Assembly: GCF_963853765.1 (NCBI RefSeq)
Contig: NC_088859.1
Location: 33,976,001-34,040,000 of the forward strand
Direction: 5' to 3'
DNA length: 64,000 nucleotides
Source of the DNA: Magallana gigas
Lineage: Eukaryota
In this document: piece by piece, positions 38,309 to 53,000 of the stretch
How the letters are laid out: every line of letters starts with the position of its first letter
Numbering within the stretch: position 1 is the stretch's first letter
Notes under the pieces: model-generated
The model's input: the letters and a program-made list of their open reading frames with translations, nothing else
Database searches by the model: none
Told to the model about the DNA's origin: nothing
Made by a program: the position numbers and the translations under genes

Positions 38309-41088
38309 TCAACTGTATCGGGAAATTTTAGCGGACTTGTCTCTGCTCTCAATTTGAACGTTGATCCCATGCTTGGGAACGATAGCACCGCGGCAGTCGA
38401 GTTCAATGTCTTTTGTAGATCCAGCACATGGTGTGAAGGAAAACTGTTTCAGAACTCGAACCATGGCGACTTTGGTCTCTAACATTGCGAAGCGAGATCC
38501 AATACAACTTCTCGGACCGGCGCCAAATGGAAGAAAGGAGAAAGACTTGATTTGTTGCTTGTTTTCTTTCCTGAACCTTAAAATGGAAAAAATGTACATT
38601 TTAGTAATGATAGATATCTGACCATCCTCATAAAAAAGTTGTGAAGATTTGATTTTTATCGTGACAAAGCAGAATGATTGGGTTTTTCTCTATTCTTACC
38701 TGTCTGGGTTAAAAACGGAAGGCTGCTCCCAAAATTCCTCGTCATGGTGTAAACTCCAGACATCGGCCTGAATGTTCATTCCAGCAGGAATGGTAATTCC
38801 ATTGTAGGTAGCTGTGTTTTTAGCTTGTCTGGTCACGATCCTGTAAATTATAAAGAGGGCATTCCAATCAATGTGTATACATGTATTTTTTAAAATTTTC
38901 ATTATTTTTTTTTTGTGTTCTTTTAATTATAATAATTTTTTAACTAAATTGATTGGATATATACTTACAGTGAAGCTGTGGGGTAAAGCCTGCAAACTTC
39001 GTCGAACACCATGTCGAAGTAGGGAAGTTCTTTCACATTTTCATAATTGACCTCCGTCTGAAATGAATGAGTAAAAATTTATCAATCTTTTTAAAAAAAA
39101 ATCTAAATCTAATTTCATTTGAATTTTTATTTCATTATTTTAAGGTAATTATTTTCTGATTTATATTGTTTTATCTTTAATGAACTAGAATTTACCTCGC
39201 CGATAGTAGAATCGACTTCATCAAACAACTTCTTCTGAACGCTTTGATTGTGGGCCAACACGTGACTAAAGAACGCTAGGACCGTGCTCGTGGTCTCGTA
39301 CCCCGCCAAAAGGAAGGTCATACTTTGTGCCACGATTTCCCTCTCACTGAAAGCACTGCTTCCATCTTTGACTTTTGAAAAAAGCATTTGCTGAACCAGA
39401 TCAAAGGTGCTGGCATTTGCCTGTAAGAAAACAAATGGTTAGAATAAATCTTTGAAAATAAGATTTTTTGCAGGAGGTTATGTCTAATTTCCATAATATT
39501 CTCTGTTTTGTCTTAATTAAGCACTGGATTCTTACCCCCATTTCCCTTCTGATTTGGATGATTTCTTTCATTTTCATTCTGATCCACACAACTGGGTTCA
39601 TACCAAACAATACAACAATATTCTTCATTGCAAACACAAAATATTGCAAGAAAGGAAGGAGCACTGAAAAAGAAGAATTTGAATTGAATGATTGGATGAA
39701 TAACTTCATTCATAAAATGTAAACAAACTAAAGGGTGTTTCAATTGCACCAGTAAAGTATATACTTACTGACTGCAGGAAGAATCATGGTTTTGCTGAGT
39801 CGACTAAAAAGACTCCTCACATTGATCAGAAATGGGTCTTTGTCGTCTGCTTGTGCGTTTGTGCGCAAACCAAATGCGCAACGACCAATGACATCCAAAG
39901 TCAAACACTGGAAAAGGCTGCAAACAAAGATTTTGAAATTGAATTGTTGTCACATTGAAATATCTTAGGAAACAATTGGTGAAATGTTTATTATTGGTTT
40001 AATGTTTTTAATGCTTACTCATAAATGTCCAGTGTCTTGCAGCTCTTTGCCTTTTTGTTCATGCTCTCCAACAGGTGGTCTGTGCACTCGTTCATGATTC
40101 CAAACATTTGTTTGAGTTTTCCAGCACTAAAGGCGGGGGTCAACAAGGTTCTACTACGTTTCCATTGATGACCATTTTCCAAAAACAACCCAAGGCTTTT
40201 TCTTGGAGCCAAAGGGAAGGGCTAAACACAGAGAGAAAAAAATGCAATTAGAGACAATTCTATTTATCCCATTTTTCTCACTTTCAATCATTCTCTTTTT
40301 TAATTCATTTTTAAGTACCTTTCTTGATTGGAAGTTTTCAAAATCTTTAACCAAAACGTCTTTCAGCAAATCAGGGTCGCTGACAGAAAGAACTGGTGTG
40401 TATCCTTCAAAATACCTGAGGATAAAAGAAAAAAAGAGTTGTGAATCACAAACATACCTTTCTAGTACCAAGGTACACTTTATGAATTCATGTTTTTAAA
40501 TTAATTCACTTAAATACTAGTAATCAACGTTTAGACAAGTTGGAGCTTACCCAAAGATTCTTCCATATTCTTTTCTCCAGTCAATGATAGCTTGTAACTG
40601 TCCCTGCAATGGAATCACAATCACTATTGTATTAATTCTATTAGGCAATTCATTATTAAAGGCGACAATGTCAACATGCATGAACTCTTGGTCTATTTTT
40701 TTTTTGGTAGGATGAGTACCAATTATCTAAAATACGGTAAGTTTAAGAAATTCTTTTATATCTCTTGTTTATCTTATATATACCGGTATTTCATTTTATA
40801 CTTGTATAGTTATCAGTTTTTGTATATACCTTGTTTCGGATTTCTAAGAGGTTGCCGAGGAAAAATGTAGGTTTGGGTCCCGGAATGCCAAGCCTTTCAA
40901 ATGTGTTGAAATGGTAGACAAGGTATCTAAATGACAAAAAATTGAAATTTATGAAGACTATTTCAAATGTTAAAACAATCAACAAAAGTAATGATAGTTA
41001 TTTGACTGTAACGAAACATGTAAATGATATATACTTACTTGTAAAGGGCAAGAATAATAAAAATCACTGTGGCTATATAGAATATCAT
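38309..41088 (-). CDS. CYP3A-like: Cytochrome P450, clan 3 (CYP3A-like), complete, 11 exons, 499 aa
   Basis: Exons 41088-41039, 40926-40830, 40603-40551, 40415-40319, 40221-40019, 39917-39769, 39663-39536, 39420-39196, 39057-38969, 38840-38700 and 38576-38309 total 1500 nt, with all GT-AG boundaries and phases consistent. Motifs: N-anchor MIFYIATVIFIILALYK, GIPGPKP hinge, WKRSR, AGYETT, EVCR (ExxR), NPDRF and heme FGAGPRSCIG. The exact family needs a phylogeny. Confidence 0.95.
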
Positions 41089-44000
41089 GCTGTCCGTTTA
41101 AATAGTAAAGTATCCGTTTGCACTGATTTCTTTAATGTGTTTTCACAAGTAAGTACTCATTCGATTTAAACTTCAAAACATCCCGTACCATTTTTATTCA
41201 TAAAGTCGGGTTAGTTTTCCCACGTATTGCGCATGTCCAGGAGGCGGAGTTTTTTTCCTATTTTGAATGCAAGAGAGAAGCAATAGTGCTAGATTTAGAA
41301 TTTGAAGAGCGATGTTTGTCTAATTTGGGGTATTTATCGTACAACGGTTGATAAGGCGACGATTTCGTTCCAAATTTAGAACACTATCAGCTACCATAGC
41401 ATCCTTATTTGAAAATCTCGTCCGAATTTAGCTAGAAAATCTCAAGTATTTTCCAAATGCAGACATGACTGGGATCTGTGCGGTGAAGATCCTTGAAGCA
41501 GCGAAAAGCTGACCGAGCGGCGCTACAATCATTTGAAATAATTTTGACCCCAATAAAAATAGAAAAATTTTCAAATATTTTGAAGATCACTGACATTTCA
41601 TGCATTTGTGTTCAAGCAATTTTGTGTATTGTTTGATTCATGGATAAAAAAAAAAAAAAAAAAAAGAAGATCTATAAATTAAGTGCTATAATTCATTTTT
41701 CATATTTTACTTCATTTAACGGTGATTTGTGTTAATTATAAAAAATATTACATAAATATTTTTAAATTATCCGCTTTAAAAGGTATTATATATTTATTTT
41801 ATGACAATATATATACCTGTGAAATGAAACTGATATTGAGAAATATACTCAGTTTCACAGGTAAGACAGATAACATTAAATGACAGTTAGTAATGCAGAC
41901 ATTCCCGGTGTTTTCGGTTGTAAACGAAAGTAAATAAACAAGAAAAACACATGCCATAATGAGGTTAAAAAATAGATTGTAAATACCGGAATATACTTTG
42001 AAATGAAAGAATTTTTGCCAAAACTGGAATTTGAACAAATTTCAATATAAAGAAAATTTGTCAAATGTTTGTTTTTCCTTTATAACATCGGATTGCTATC
42101 GGACGAAACTGAATAAATTACATGGAGTATATACACTAATAAGGGGTTTGAATACATGTAATTATGCAGATTAAATTTTCATGTGTAGTTTACATGTTTT
42201 GTTTATAAGGAGATTTTGGTCAACAAATTACCAATCATATCTACTTATAAAATTCTTAGATTTGATTTTAAAAGAAATATTATATTAATTTATCATAAAC
42301 GTGTGGATATTTTCCCGTATCTTTATACAAAAGCTCGGAGATATGAATGTAGTCTAAAACTTGCAATTAACACCCAGTCCTCTTATTTATTTTCATTTTT
42401 TTTATTTATTTATTCTTCTTTCAAACATATAGTTATTATAAAACTTTTTTAAAAAATTATATATATTTTTAAATTTCATTATGCACTCATTTTTTCCTAC
42501 TGAGAACTTATTTAACGAAATACACACTTAATATCTATTATAAACTCAGATGAAATAGTGAATATTTTATTATCTAATAATAAAAAATCTACGAAATTTT
42601 TTTTTAACAATGGCGGTATATATATGAAGTTTTATTTACTTACCTCTTGGTAACGCATTTTGGATCACGTTATTTATTCCGCAAACAAAGTTCCTTTGTT
42701 TGTATTGATTATGTAATTTAAAAACAAAAGGCGTTGACGCAATATTTTGGTATTTAGTAAATCAAATTCAGACGTTTAAAAATTGGGTGCCACTTTTAAA
42801 CGTCTGCAGCAGAGCATGTGCATATGGAAATTGACATGATTGTCAGTGTGGATTCTAAATGGTGATATGTTAGCATGATTTATTTGGAGGACTCGGTTCA
42901 TTATGGGGTATTTTGATGTCCTTGTGATTTTATGAAAATTGTTGTCTTCATTAAAAAAAAAATGTGGACAGCATGTGAAGACCTTGATTTGTGAGGATAA
43001 AATTGATTTAATATTTTGACAGCTCCAAGTATTATTACAGTTATTGTTTCAAAATAAAAATAATTTTGTTTATTGGTCGATATCGATAGATACCAGTAAA
43101 TAAATAATAAACCGCCAAGGGTAAACAAAACTAATATTTAGCTCGGCTATGCATTCTTTTGGATCATTTCTTCTCAAACTATGGAATCTCACCAAGAAAA
43201 AGTTTTTAAAAAATTCCCATGCCCATCATTTACTTTCAGATACTCATAGATAAAATATTTTTTTTCCTATTGCTTTAAAAAAATTAGACTTTCTCCAATA
43301 AAATGTTAACAAAATTTTATGTCCATTATTTACTCTCAAATATTCAAAGATAACTTATTGAAATGATTTTTAGCTGTTTGGAGTTTGGATCATCCAAAAC
43401 TTACCCGTGAAAGTATTTTGCATTCATTATCATTTACTTTAATTTATTTAAATCTAATTTAAATTTTAGTTTACGGGTACATGCGTCTAGAGGTATTCCA
43501 ACCGATCACGTTCAAGTTCTACAAAAAATATTTAAAAGCCGGTTCTACCTATGAAAGGCATATGAAAGAAAAAATAAATGTATTATTTCTCTTGTTGCTA
43601 AAATTCAAAAACATACTAAAATTCTAATCAGTTTCTTTTACAATTTTGGAATTTTTACCCCCCCCCCCCCCCCCCTCCTCCCCCTCAAATAAAAATGAAG
43701 AATAATTACATGTATTCTGCTGTACGAAATATTATGACATTTTAGCTTTTTTGTGTAATTACATACGTACGCCTCACAAAGGATTGTCAACAAATGTTCT
43801 TTCAAAAGGAAATGAAAGCCTTTTGTCTTTAAAAAAAAAGTAAATGAACATGTCTTTGAGATATTTTTAATGAAGGGAATGGGTCTTTCACTTTTATCTG
43901 GTACTTTTATTACTACCGGAATTTCAAGAGGAATTGGGTTGACGCGTTCTTAATGGCAAATGACGAAAATGGCTTTTCGGTATTCATGTAGTATCTAATG

Positions 44001-44310
44001 TAATTATCTTTTAAAGGCTCAAGATGCACGTCAAAGCTAGATTTCAGTATCTGCCTTGGTCATTAATCCAATATTCACCAGTAATAATTAATTAACATGG
44101 AACTTACTTATGGTTACATGGAAATTATTTATGTTGAATGCGAGATAATTCTGGCCTCTTTATAAAAATATAAGTTGCATATGAGCGTAAATAGTTGCAT
44201 GTGGTCATAAATAAAATGTCAATAAATACTAATAAGATACAGGTTGGCAATCTCAACATAGATGCATAAATATTTCTGCATATATGTTGGATGTCACCTG
44301 TGGACAATAT

Positions 44311-44520
44311 ATAAATAGTGCCTGTTTGGGAGGGTAACAGTTGAAATTGACACCCCGAGAAAACCATTGTCAACCGACCTCGACTTCGCGTCGGTTGACA
44401 ATGGTTTTCTCGGGGTGTCAATTTCAACTGTTATCCTCCCAAAAAGTCGAGGTCGGTTGACAATGGTTTTCTCGGGGTGTCAATTTCAACTGTTATCCTC
44501 CCAAACAGGCACTGTTTATT
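44311..44520. mobile_element. Palindromic non-autonomous element with duplicated right arm
   Basis: Left arm 44311-44386, partial right arm 44390-44443, full right arm 44444-44520. The element probably extends to about 44120-44690. Confidence 0.8.
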
Positions 44521-46562
44521 TTGTTATACTGAATGTCTTAACTTTAAAGAAAACATCGGAATAACGTGAATTCTAAGGCGAACCGTACGTGCATGATTTT
44601 CGCGCATGTAACAATTCGTAATGTTACCCGTTGCTAAGTGCGTTGCTAACGCTGAGGGTAATAGAACAGATTATGAACTGTGTCTAAACCAATCAGATTT
44701 CAGTATTTAACATGAAAGTATAACAATAATGTATAAAGCCTGCAAGTTTGCATGTCGACATTATAATTCATGCATGGTGACATTCTCTGTACTGCATATA
44801 GGGACAGATGTATGCCATCATACATTATGGGACAGAGCAGAACCTTACTCTATTCCCTGGTGGTAGGTACAATGGGAAGAAGACTGCAGACATTTGGTAC
44901 ATGCAGGGAAGCGTAGCAAAATTAAGGATTAGAGATTTTGTTATTTTCTATTTGTTGAGTTCGTTTGTATTAAAAACTACTTATTTTTGCAATATAAGAA
45001 TTGACATATGTATTTTTGTTTCACATGACTTCTTCATCTTCTTCTTCTTCTATGTATATATTGTCCGTAGTATTTTGGTAAAAATAAAAATAAAAAGGCA
45101 GTCTAAGCGAGATTCAGTCTCTGAAATCGCCGGCACAACAAAACCAGGAAGTCGTTTCAGATCGTCTGGCGTTAGACGGGTTCGTCGCGAGCATTTGGTC
45201 CAAAAATAGATGACACATTATTTGCAACCCCAGAAGATTCGTCCCGCGATGAAATATGAACACGATGTTTGATGTAATCGGTTTATACAGTTTCCACTAT
45301 AATTTCAAATACCGCATATATGCGACAATTATGCAATAAGTACTCGGAGAAAAAAAATCAAAATGCTTGACTAACAATTGATGATATAGAATTTTTTATT
45401 GCACATATTGTTTGATAATCATATATTTACTTTTAATGAGTATACATTTTTTCTCCTTTATTTCTTAAAAAGGAGACAATGCTTGATCAGTTATCTACAA
45501 TAACTGATAAGAAGCGCAGCGAAGCTTAATTGTTACACGTATATACCGGTATATATAAGAAAATCAGTGAAAAATAGAAGTTGCATCAGGGGTACTAAGG
45601 GCAGAAAAATTTTCTTCTACTCATGGGCGCCGCAAATTAACTCATTCAATAAATGAGTGGAGCTTTTCTATGCTTATTGTCTCGCCGTTTAAATATAGTT
45701 GTCTTATTCTATAGTTTCGATGTTTACTAAAACAGCACGGACTGAGGCCAGACTTCCATCATAAGCCCATGCGATATATTTCTGCAGTCAGTCAGTAACA
45801 AATCTAATAATTAATTATTTTAACATGTTTAACGTTACATGAGCTGGCACATAATTTATATAAAAATATATTTTACATATATTTCAATATCTAAAATTAT
45901 TTAGTTTCATCACTGGTTCGTTGACGAATGAACATATTTCACATAGTTAATTCATAGTACTTTGCGAATGACACTTTTTAGTACAAGTTAATGTTGCATT
46001 AAGCAATCCACTGTACGACTTAACATTAGCGAAATTGCGCCGTCTGTGATTTTCGTAAACTTCCTGTCAGTGTCAGGTAAGGTGAATTTTTCTTTTATCA
46101 AATGAAATATTTACGTACGTAGTGTAAACCATTTTATTTTTTCTTTGTAAGAGACAGACGTTTACATTAATAAAAATAAAATGATACAGTTTTATCTTAA
46201 CTTTTAGTGAACGACAAGTCGACAACCTTGTCGGTTTTTTTATTTGCTACATTGTATCTCATTCTGGAATTTTAAATAATATTTGCATGAAGTAGTCTGT
46301 GCATATTTGTAATTCAGTAAACTACTTTATATTTGTATACGCAATCAGTTTTCTAATTTTTATTATCACTATCAGATCCAATCTGAACTCTGGTGTTTTT
46401 CTACTCCATACAAACACGTGTAAAAAAAATAATAATAAGGACATGCGAACCTGCTTTATAAAAATCTTATCATCTTCAACTGTTAATGAGATGTAACTTT
46501 TTAATTTAAAGTTGCCTAAATTATATATTTTGTATTTATGGTTATGAAGACTGTAATAATTT

Positions 46563-46630
46563 GGCCTGAGTAGCTCAGTGGTAGATCTCTTTACTGAAAC
46601 GGCTGGGGTCCCGAGTTTGATACCCCGTTC
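46563..46630 (+). pseudogene. tRNA-derived fragment (SINE head or tRNA pseudogene)
   Basis: A box TAGCTCAGTGG (46571-46581) and degenerate B box GAGTTTGATACC (46613-46624); the cloverleaf stems do not close. Confidence 0.6.
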
Positions 46631-47611
46631 AATCATATTTTCAAAGTACATTTGAAACAAATACTTACAGAGACAATTATTTTTCTCTTTTAAAGGAGAG
46701 GGGTGCATATGTAGTACAATAAATCAATTTACATCTGCTGTGATTGTAAATCAATCTTTTGGATAAAAACCCAATGATTAAAAAAAGACATATCGATTGC
46801 GTATTTAAATTTAATTTAAATTTCCTGCAGCCATGAGAGCTACATGTACCATTGAAATTTATTCTGGTTTGTTTCATCAACATTATCAACACCAGTACAG
46901 CTATTCATAACATTCAATCTATACTAACAAGTTGTGGCAAATATGGAACAGTATCCATATGAAACTGTTCTGCTCTTATGACACACAGCATGTTCGGCGA
47001 CTTGAAGAATGCATTACAGTAAAACACGGTTATAATGAAGTGCCAGGGACAGGCGATTTTGCTTCATTATATTCGTCAAGTTCACAACATATAATATAGT
47101 CATGGGGAATAAAAATCACTTTGCTGTAAGCATCAATTTATTATAAGCGTGTTTGCTATAACCGTGTTTTACTGTATTTGCATAATCTAAAAGTGGAATT
47201 ATGGGAATATTGTCAACAAATGTCAAAGATGATAGAATATATCTACTTTTGTTATTGCGACATAATAATTTGGAATATAGAAAACGGTGAGTGTATTTTA
47301 AAACATCCCGATTACACTTAACTTTTGAAGTTGTAGACGTAAAGAATTATGACTTGGTTCGAACATTTACCCGGGTGTCATTTTTCAACATTGAATATTG
47401 AAACCAAATTTTTGAATAAAGATTTTTAAAGTTATTTGTTGCAAGATTGCAAAAACTTAGAGGTATAAATCAGTGTTTAATCCAGAGCAATATGTATACT
47501 GTATGTGTGATTCATAATAGATGGTGTGAGGTCAAAGTAACTGAAATTTTTAAATGTAATACAAAATATGCCTACGTTATGTCAGCCTTCAGTTAATCAC
47601 AAATTGGCAGG

Positions 47612-47790
47612 GAATTCAATTTTTTAACTTCAAACGTGTTTTAAAGCTGAATTATGTTGTTTTTCTTCAACAAAGTATGACTAAATGTAATCAGTTAAAT
47701 AGTCTGAAGAATTCAATTTTTTAACTTCAAACGTGTTTTAAAGCTGAATTATGTTGTTTTTCTTCAACAAAGTATGACTAAATGTAATCA
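47612..47790 (+). repeat. 82-bp direct repeat, 15-bp spacer
   Basis: 47612-47693 and 47709-47790 appear identical by eye. Confidence 0.92.
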
Positions 47791-50094
47791 TTTAATTTAA
47801 ACCACTTTATTAGTTCAAATGTAGATTTTAATTGACTTTCCTTCCCCTTTGAAAATCAGTAACTTACAAGTTTTACCTTAAGAGCTGACTACCACAATTG
47901 CATGTAAATTCTAATGCATTCATTTCAAAGACATGTACATTATGTAGAAATAGATTCATATTAAAGTAGGCTTGCTGATGTAGTTAGTGTCAGTAGACTC
48001 CTTTAGAAATGATATGTTTATGTAGAGCACACATTTCATGACACATGACACATCATTTTCAAATTCTATATTTAACACTAGACTGTAAAACTCATCAGTC
48101 TCAGTTTCTTTATGTGTGGCTCATAGCTTGGAAATTACATGTTCTGTATATACCGATATACATATGGAATTAATCAAAATTTTGTCAGTTCACTGTTGAT
48201 GCATTAAGGTAGGAATTTGATACAATAATCCATCTATGCTTGAAGTGATTCATGTATATGTATAATCAATATATATACATGCACTGCAGCTATCAAATAT
48301 TTGTGACATTGCCAGTAGTGCATTGTATGACCAATACCAGTTGATAAATATATATTCTAAAATATATTTTGTGAAATGTTCAATTTCTTTTTTAAGGAAA
48401 GAAAATTTTAATTCTAAATTTTCCAAGTTTATCCTCACATTGAATTTAAAAATATTTTTTTTTATTTTTTAAAGCCAGATTTCTGCTATACACATCATAA
48501 GGTACAATTTTAATTGATCTATAGTTCTATACAAAAATGGCAGACTGATAAAAGTGGATATCATGTCAGCTACCTCACTACCTGGTGTGATGATTCATAA
48601 TTTAGAGATTACAAGATTACTAACTTGTTTCTATTTCTGTTTGCTCCTACTTGCAGTGTTAAATTCAGTGCTTTTTGTCATCAAGCGGTATGATAAATAA
48701 AAACTGAAATCTTTTATGAAACTCTCTTCATGATTCATCCTCATGCATGCATTGAAAATGTATATATTTATAGTGAACAATTTTTGGATGCATGTTCTTT
48801 TCTAAATATTTCCGGAGATTTAGGTGCCGTCTTATGTAATCAGATAACACTATAGATAGTGGATTTATTATAAAATTCAAACAAAAGCATTTCCACAATG
48901 CATACAAGTATTAATTATTCCTATGTAAATAAAAAATTGGAAATTTTGACATTTGTTTGCAAAATGCAAATATGAAAAAAAAGCTTTTGAAAGTGTAAAG
49001 AAGGAAACTTTTAATCTTTGTAACCAGGAAATTCATACTGTTAAATCCTCCTCAATCATTCCTTGATCCACGCTGTGGACAATAACTGCACAGGGAAACT
49101 TCTCAGCTTTATTGCTCAGGCAGAGTTCTTCCTTCTTAATTTGCAGTCATGTAAAATGCGGTAACATCACAGCAGCCTCAACCGAATTGGCTATAGGAAG
49201 TATTTAACCCTTCCTGATCCAAGGAAGCCCGTTGATGGCAGATGTTTTGTACTACAGCAGTGACCCCCTTCAGCAGCTGTATGGAGAGGTTATCTCTACC
49301 AATCTCTGACTAATAATGCTCTTTTTCTTTCTCACAGACCTGGAAAGGACCTTATCTTGCAACACAAACAAAGCTTTTGATGTGAAAATAAGAAGCGACT
49401 AGGGCTGCCTTTTCCCATCTTGTAATAGAGAAATTAAAGGTTTTTTGCTGTAAGGTAAAGTGATATTTTATGGATTTTGTAATTTACTGTGCATATTCTG
49501 TATGCCCTAACTATTAAAATCAATAAATGAATTGTATGATATTCTATATTCAATGTCGGTATTTGAATACACAGTCTGACTTCCAACCCTGTGTATTAGA
49601 TGCACTGGTAGGTTATTTACAACTGGTATCAAGTACAGGAGATATTCCCAGGAACAAATGTATGGTTGAAATTTCTCGTAGGTACACGCACTATAGGAAT
49701 GTCTGGTTTTGTCACGGTATGTTGTAAACAAGTGTTCAGAAGTATTATTACTCTAAAACACCCTTTGTAGGGTTTACCCTGATTATTTTGTAAATTTTAC
49801 TGTTCAGATTTGCAGTATTTGAGTCATTTTCATGTCTTACATTTTTGGGGTTTTGGTTTGGGTTTTTTTTTTTCTTCGAAAATCCATATGTAATTATTAC
49901 ATGTATGTGGTGGCATTATACAACATGTATTGATTTGAAAATCTTCATTGTGAAACCAACGTCTATTGATTCTGCCTCAGAGTTGAAATACATAAGACTG
50001 GCTGTTGTGTGCTCTAACCAATTCACAGGCTGATGATCAATTTTTATATATTTCAGTTCAATGCAATCACAGATGACCACATGACACTGGGTCA

Positions 50095-53000
50095 ATGGGG
50101 GCATGTTATTCGAAATCAGGTCATGATGTAGATGTCGCAAAGAAGAAATCCCCTCACAGTAAGAAAAACAAGAATGGAATTAACTTGACCATTGAATACA
50201 GTCCAGTAAGGTCTCCCAACCACGATGAGGACAAATTATCCATCTTTGATGAAAAGGAGGCAGAAAATGACAGAGTTGTCTTGGAATATAATGGAAATGT
50301 AGAAGGACAGTGCCTCTGCAGTGCAGATAATGGCAATAGTAAGGTTGTGTGTAGTGGGAAGTGTGCTAGCTGTGATGGTGGCAATACTGGTGACTTATTG
50401 CCCTCAGATGAGGTTGTAAGCTCAGATTCTAAAGTGACTAGTAAGGTCGCTTCAGCATCAGACAGTGGCATAGAGAGTCTACATGCTCAGGAATCACATC
50501 ACTCTAGTCAAACTCTCTGTGATAAAACCAAGCCATATCAAATCGGTGACGAGGAAGAAACGCTCGCGAGCCTTAAAAACGAGAATCATGAAAATCACGG
50601 TGAGTTTCCTGCTCCTTCCACGAGTAGACCCAATCGTTTTTCTGAAATTATCTATCTCAAATCCAGTCTCAAAAAACCAGGTGTCCACTCTGGTAGATGT
50701 AGCAGACTGTCCTGTAAATCAAGTGACAGTTTAGACTGGACTGCTACTCTCATAAATAGCCTGGACCGGTGTCGAAGTGAAGCCTCAGAATTTTTTTGTG
50801 ATGACTTTAACATAACAGCCCCTCTCGCTGCATTTGATTCAATAGATTTTATGAGCAGTGCAGGTTCTCTCTTGCGGAACAGATTGAGTAGAGCTAGCAT
50901 TGTTGACCATAATTCTGATACATTTCAATTTCAATTTGATTTTTCTGGAATAGAAACCGAAGGAGCAGAGGCGAGCTCAGTGCCGATCTCACCTGAGTCG
51001 CTACCATGCTCGCCAAAAAAAGCAGTCAGTCCAGATGGCGTGAATCTGGAGCTGATTAGCTCAAATCGAACTTCACAGGAGCTCAGGTAAGTCTGACAGG
51101 TAACTAGCCAGGCAGGGATCCAAAGTCTTCACTGATTGGAAGGTGGTGTGGGTCGTAGGGTTACTCGGAAGGGGTATTGTTATGTATACGTGATTAACAA
51201 AATGTGTATGTGTATGGTCAAAATTTATGGGTAAATCAATTTAAAATTATTTGTATTACATTCAAAAGGGAATGAATCATTAAATGTTTTTAACAAGAAA
51301 TTAAATGGTGACGGATTGAATTTGCACCGCTATGAAGTGGTTTTGTAATGTTACACTGATATTAACAAAATTAAGCATAAAGTCGCAGTACAAAATTATA
51401 CTCGGAAAGGAAATATCATTTGTTGGTATGAAGAGAAGACTTTGCATTCGTCATTGCCTGACATGATTTTCTCTGTGATGTTGTCTATCCTGCACAGCTT
51501 AATATATATTTCTATTGTTTTCTTATAATATTTAATTACTGTTTGATTTCTGTTAAAAGAAAAACACTTTTTAACATTCATCCTTAAAATGTAAATCATT
51601 ATTGTTATATTAATTTATTTTATTAAATAAAGGCGTAAATAAATATTACTTATCTAAGACATGTCATGTTTAAGTGCCTATTGTGATTGTATATAATATA
51701 TTCTGAATCCTGACAGCTTTACAAGCTTTACTTATTGTGAACTCTCATCTCTGTAGACAGGGCCTCATGTATACCCTGTCAGAATGCTAGAAACTCAAAT
51801 GCTAGATACTCTACACGTACAGCATTCTATACATTTGTAATCTGTTATCCTTTTATTTATTCCTTAAAATTAATCTGTGCCTGATGATCTGTAATATTTC
51901 ATTGATATTTCAACGGAAAAAAGGGTCATTCTTTTATATTTTCATCTTCATTTTGAAATAGATCTAACAAAAATTAAAGTAAGCTACACAGGGCTTTTTA
52001 TATTTTTAGTTATTAAGTAAGTGTATTACTATGAAGTTTTGCCTAGTGTTATGAAGCAGGCAGTATTATATTTCTGTTGTGGTTTTTTTTGTCTGTCAAG
52101 TGAGCTTCTGTTCTATCAGACAACTTGTTGTACATGGTTGTGCTATTTTTACATGTCTGTCTATAGTGATATAAGTGCACAGTTCTCATCTAAGATTGTT
52201 GAATACATTATCATCCTTTTTACATACTGGTATAATTGTATAAGCTATAGTATAAATCAATTTACTGATATCATCACTGTATGTCGAGGGTTTATGCTCA
52301 AGTTGTATACTGATACTTTGTCTTGATCTGCTCTTAGATAGTTTTTAGTCAAAGAGGTTCCCCTCCCTTACATTTATCAAGAAAACCATCCACTGATCAA
52401 ATGTATTTCCAAGGGGTCTACCATAGAATAGGCCATACACATATACATGTACATGTAATGCAGACTGGCTTATATCCAGTTTATATCCAGTCCCTTCATC
52501 AACTCATCAATTTGTCATGGCCCTGCATAACTAAGTATGATGATGTATTGGATTTTGACACTTTGGGCCACTCCTTACATCACATCTGCGTAGGGAATAT
52601 CGATGAGGGTCTAAATCATTGAATGAGACAAAGTGATAATCAATAGTCGTTTATATGCACATCAAGGCTCTTCTTACAGTATGTTGTATTGTTCTCTTGG
52701 AATAGATTGTGACATACATATATACATGTGCTTGTATATGTCATGGTCTTCAACTTCTTTAAAAAAAATATGTTATTATGGAAGAACTTTAATTTTTGTG
52801 TCTTGCTTATTAATTTACATGTAGTAAACTAAAACTGGCTTATTCTGAATCTGCTCTATTTTCTGTGTGTATAGGCCTCGGTCAATCATGAAAGTGTAAG
52901 TAAACGGAGGTTCTGGTACAATGCATCTTGGGAATGTTGAATGCATTATGACCCCCTCCCCCCAAATCCCTCCCAGCTTGTAGGTCATTTTGTTAACAGG

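Noticed and set aside
38361-40499. Plus-strand ORFs overlapping the P450
   Set aside because: Antisense shadows of CYP exons.
50154-50900. Minus-strand and alternative-frame ORFs within the 331-codon exon
   Set aside because: Shadow ORFs of a long coding exon.
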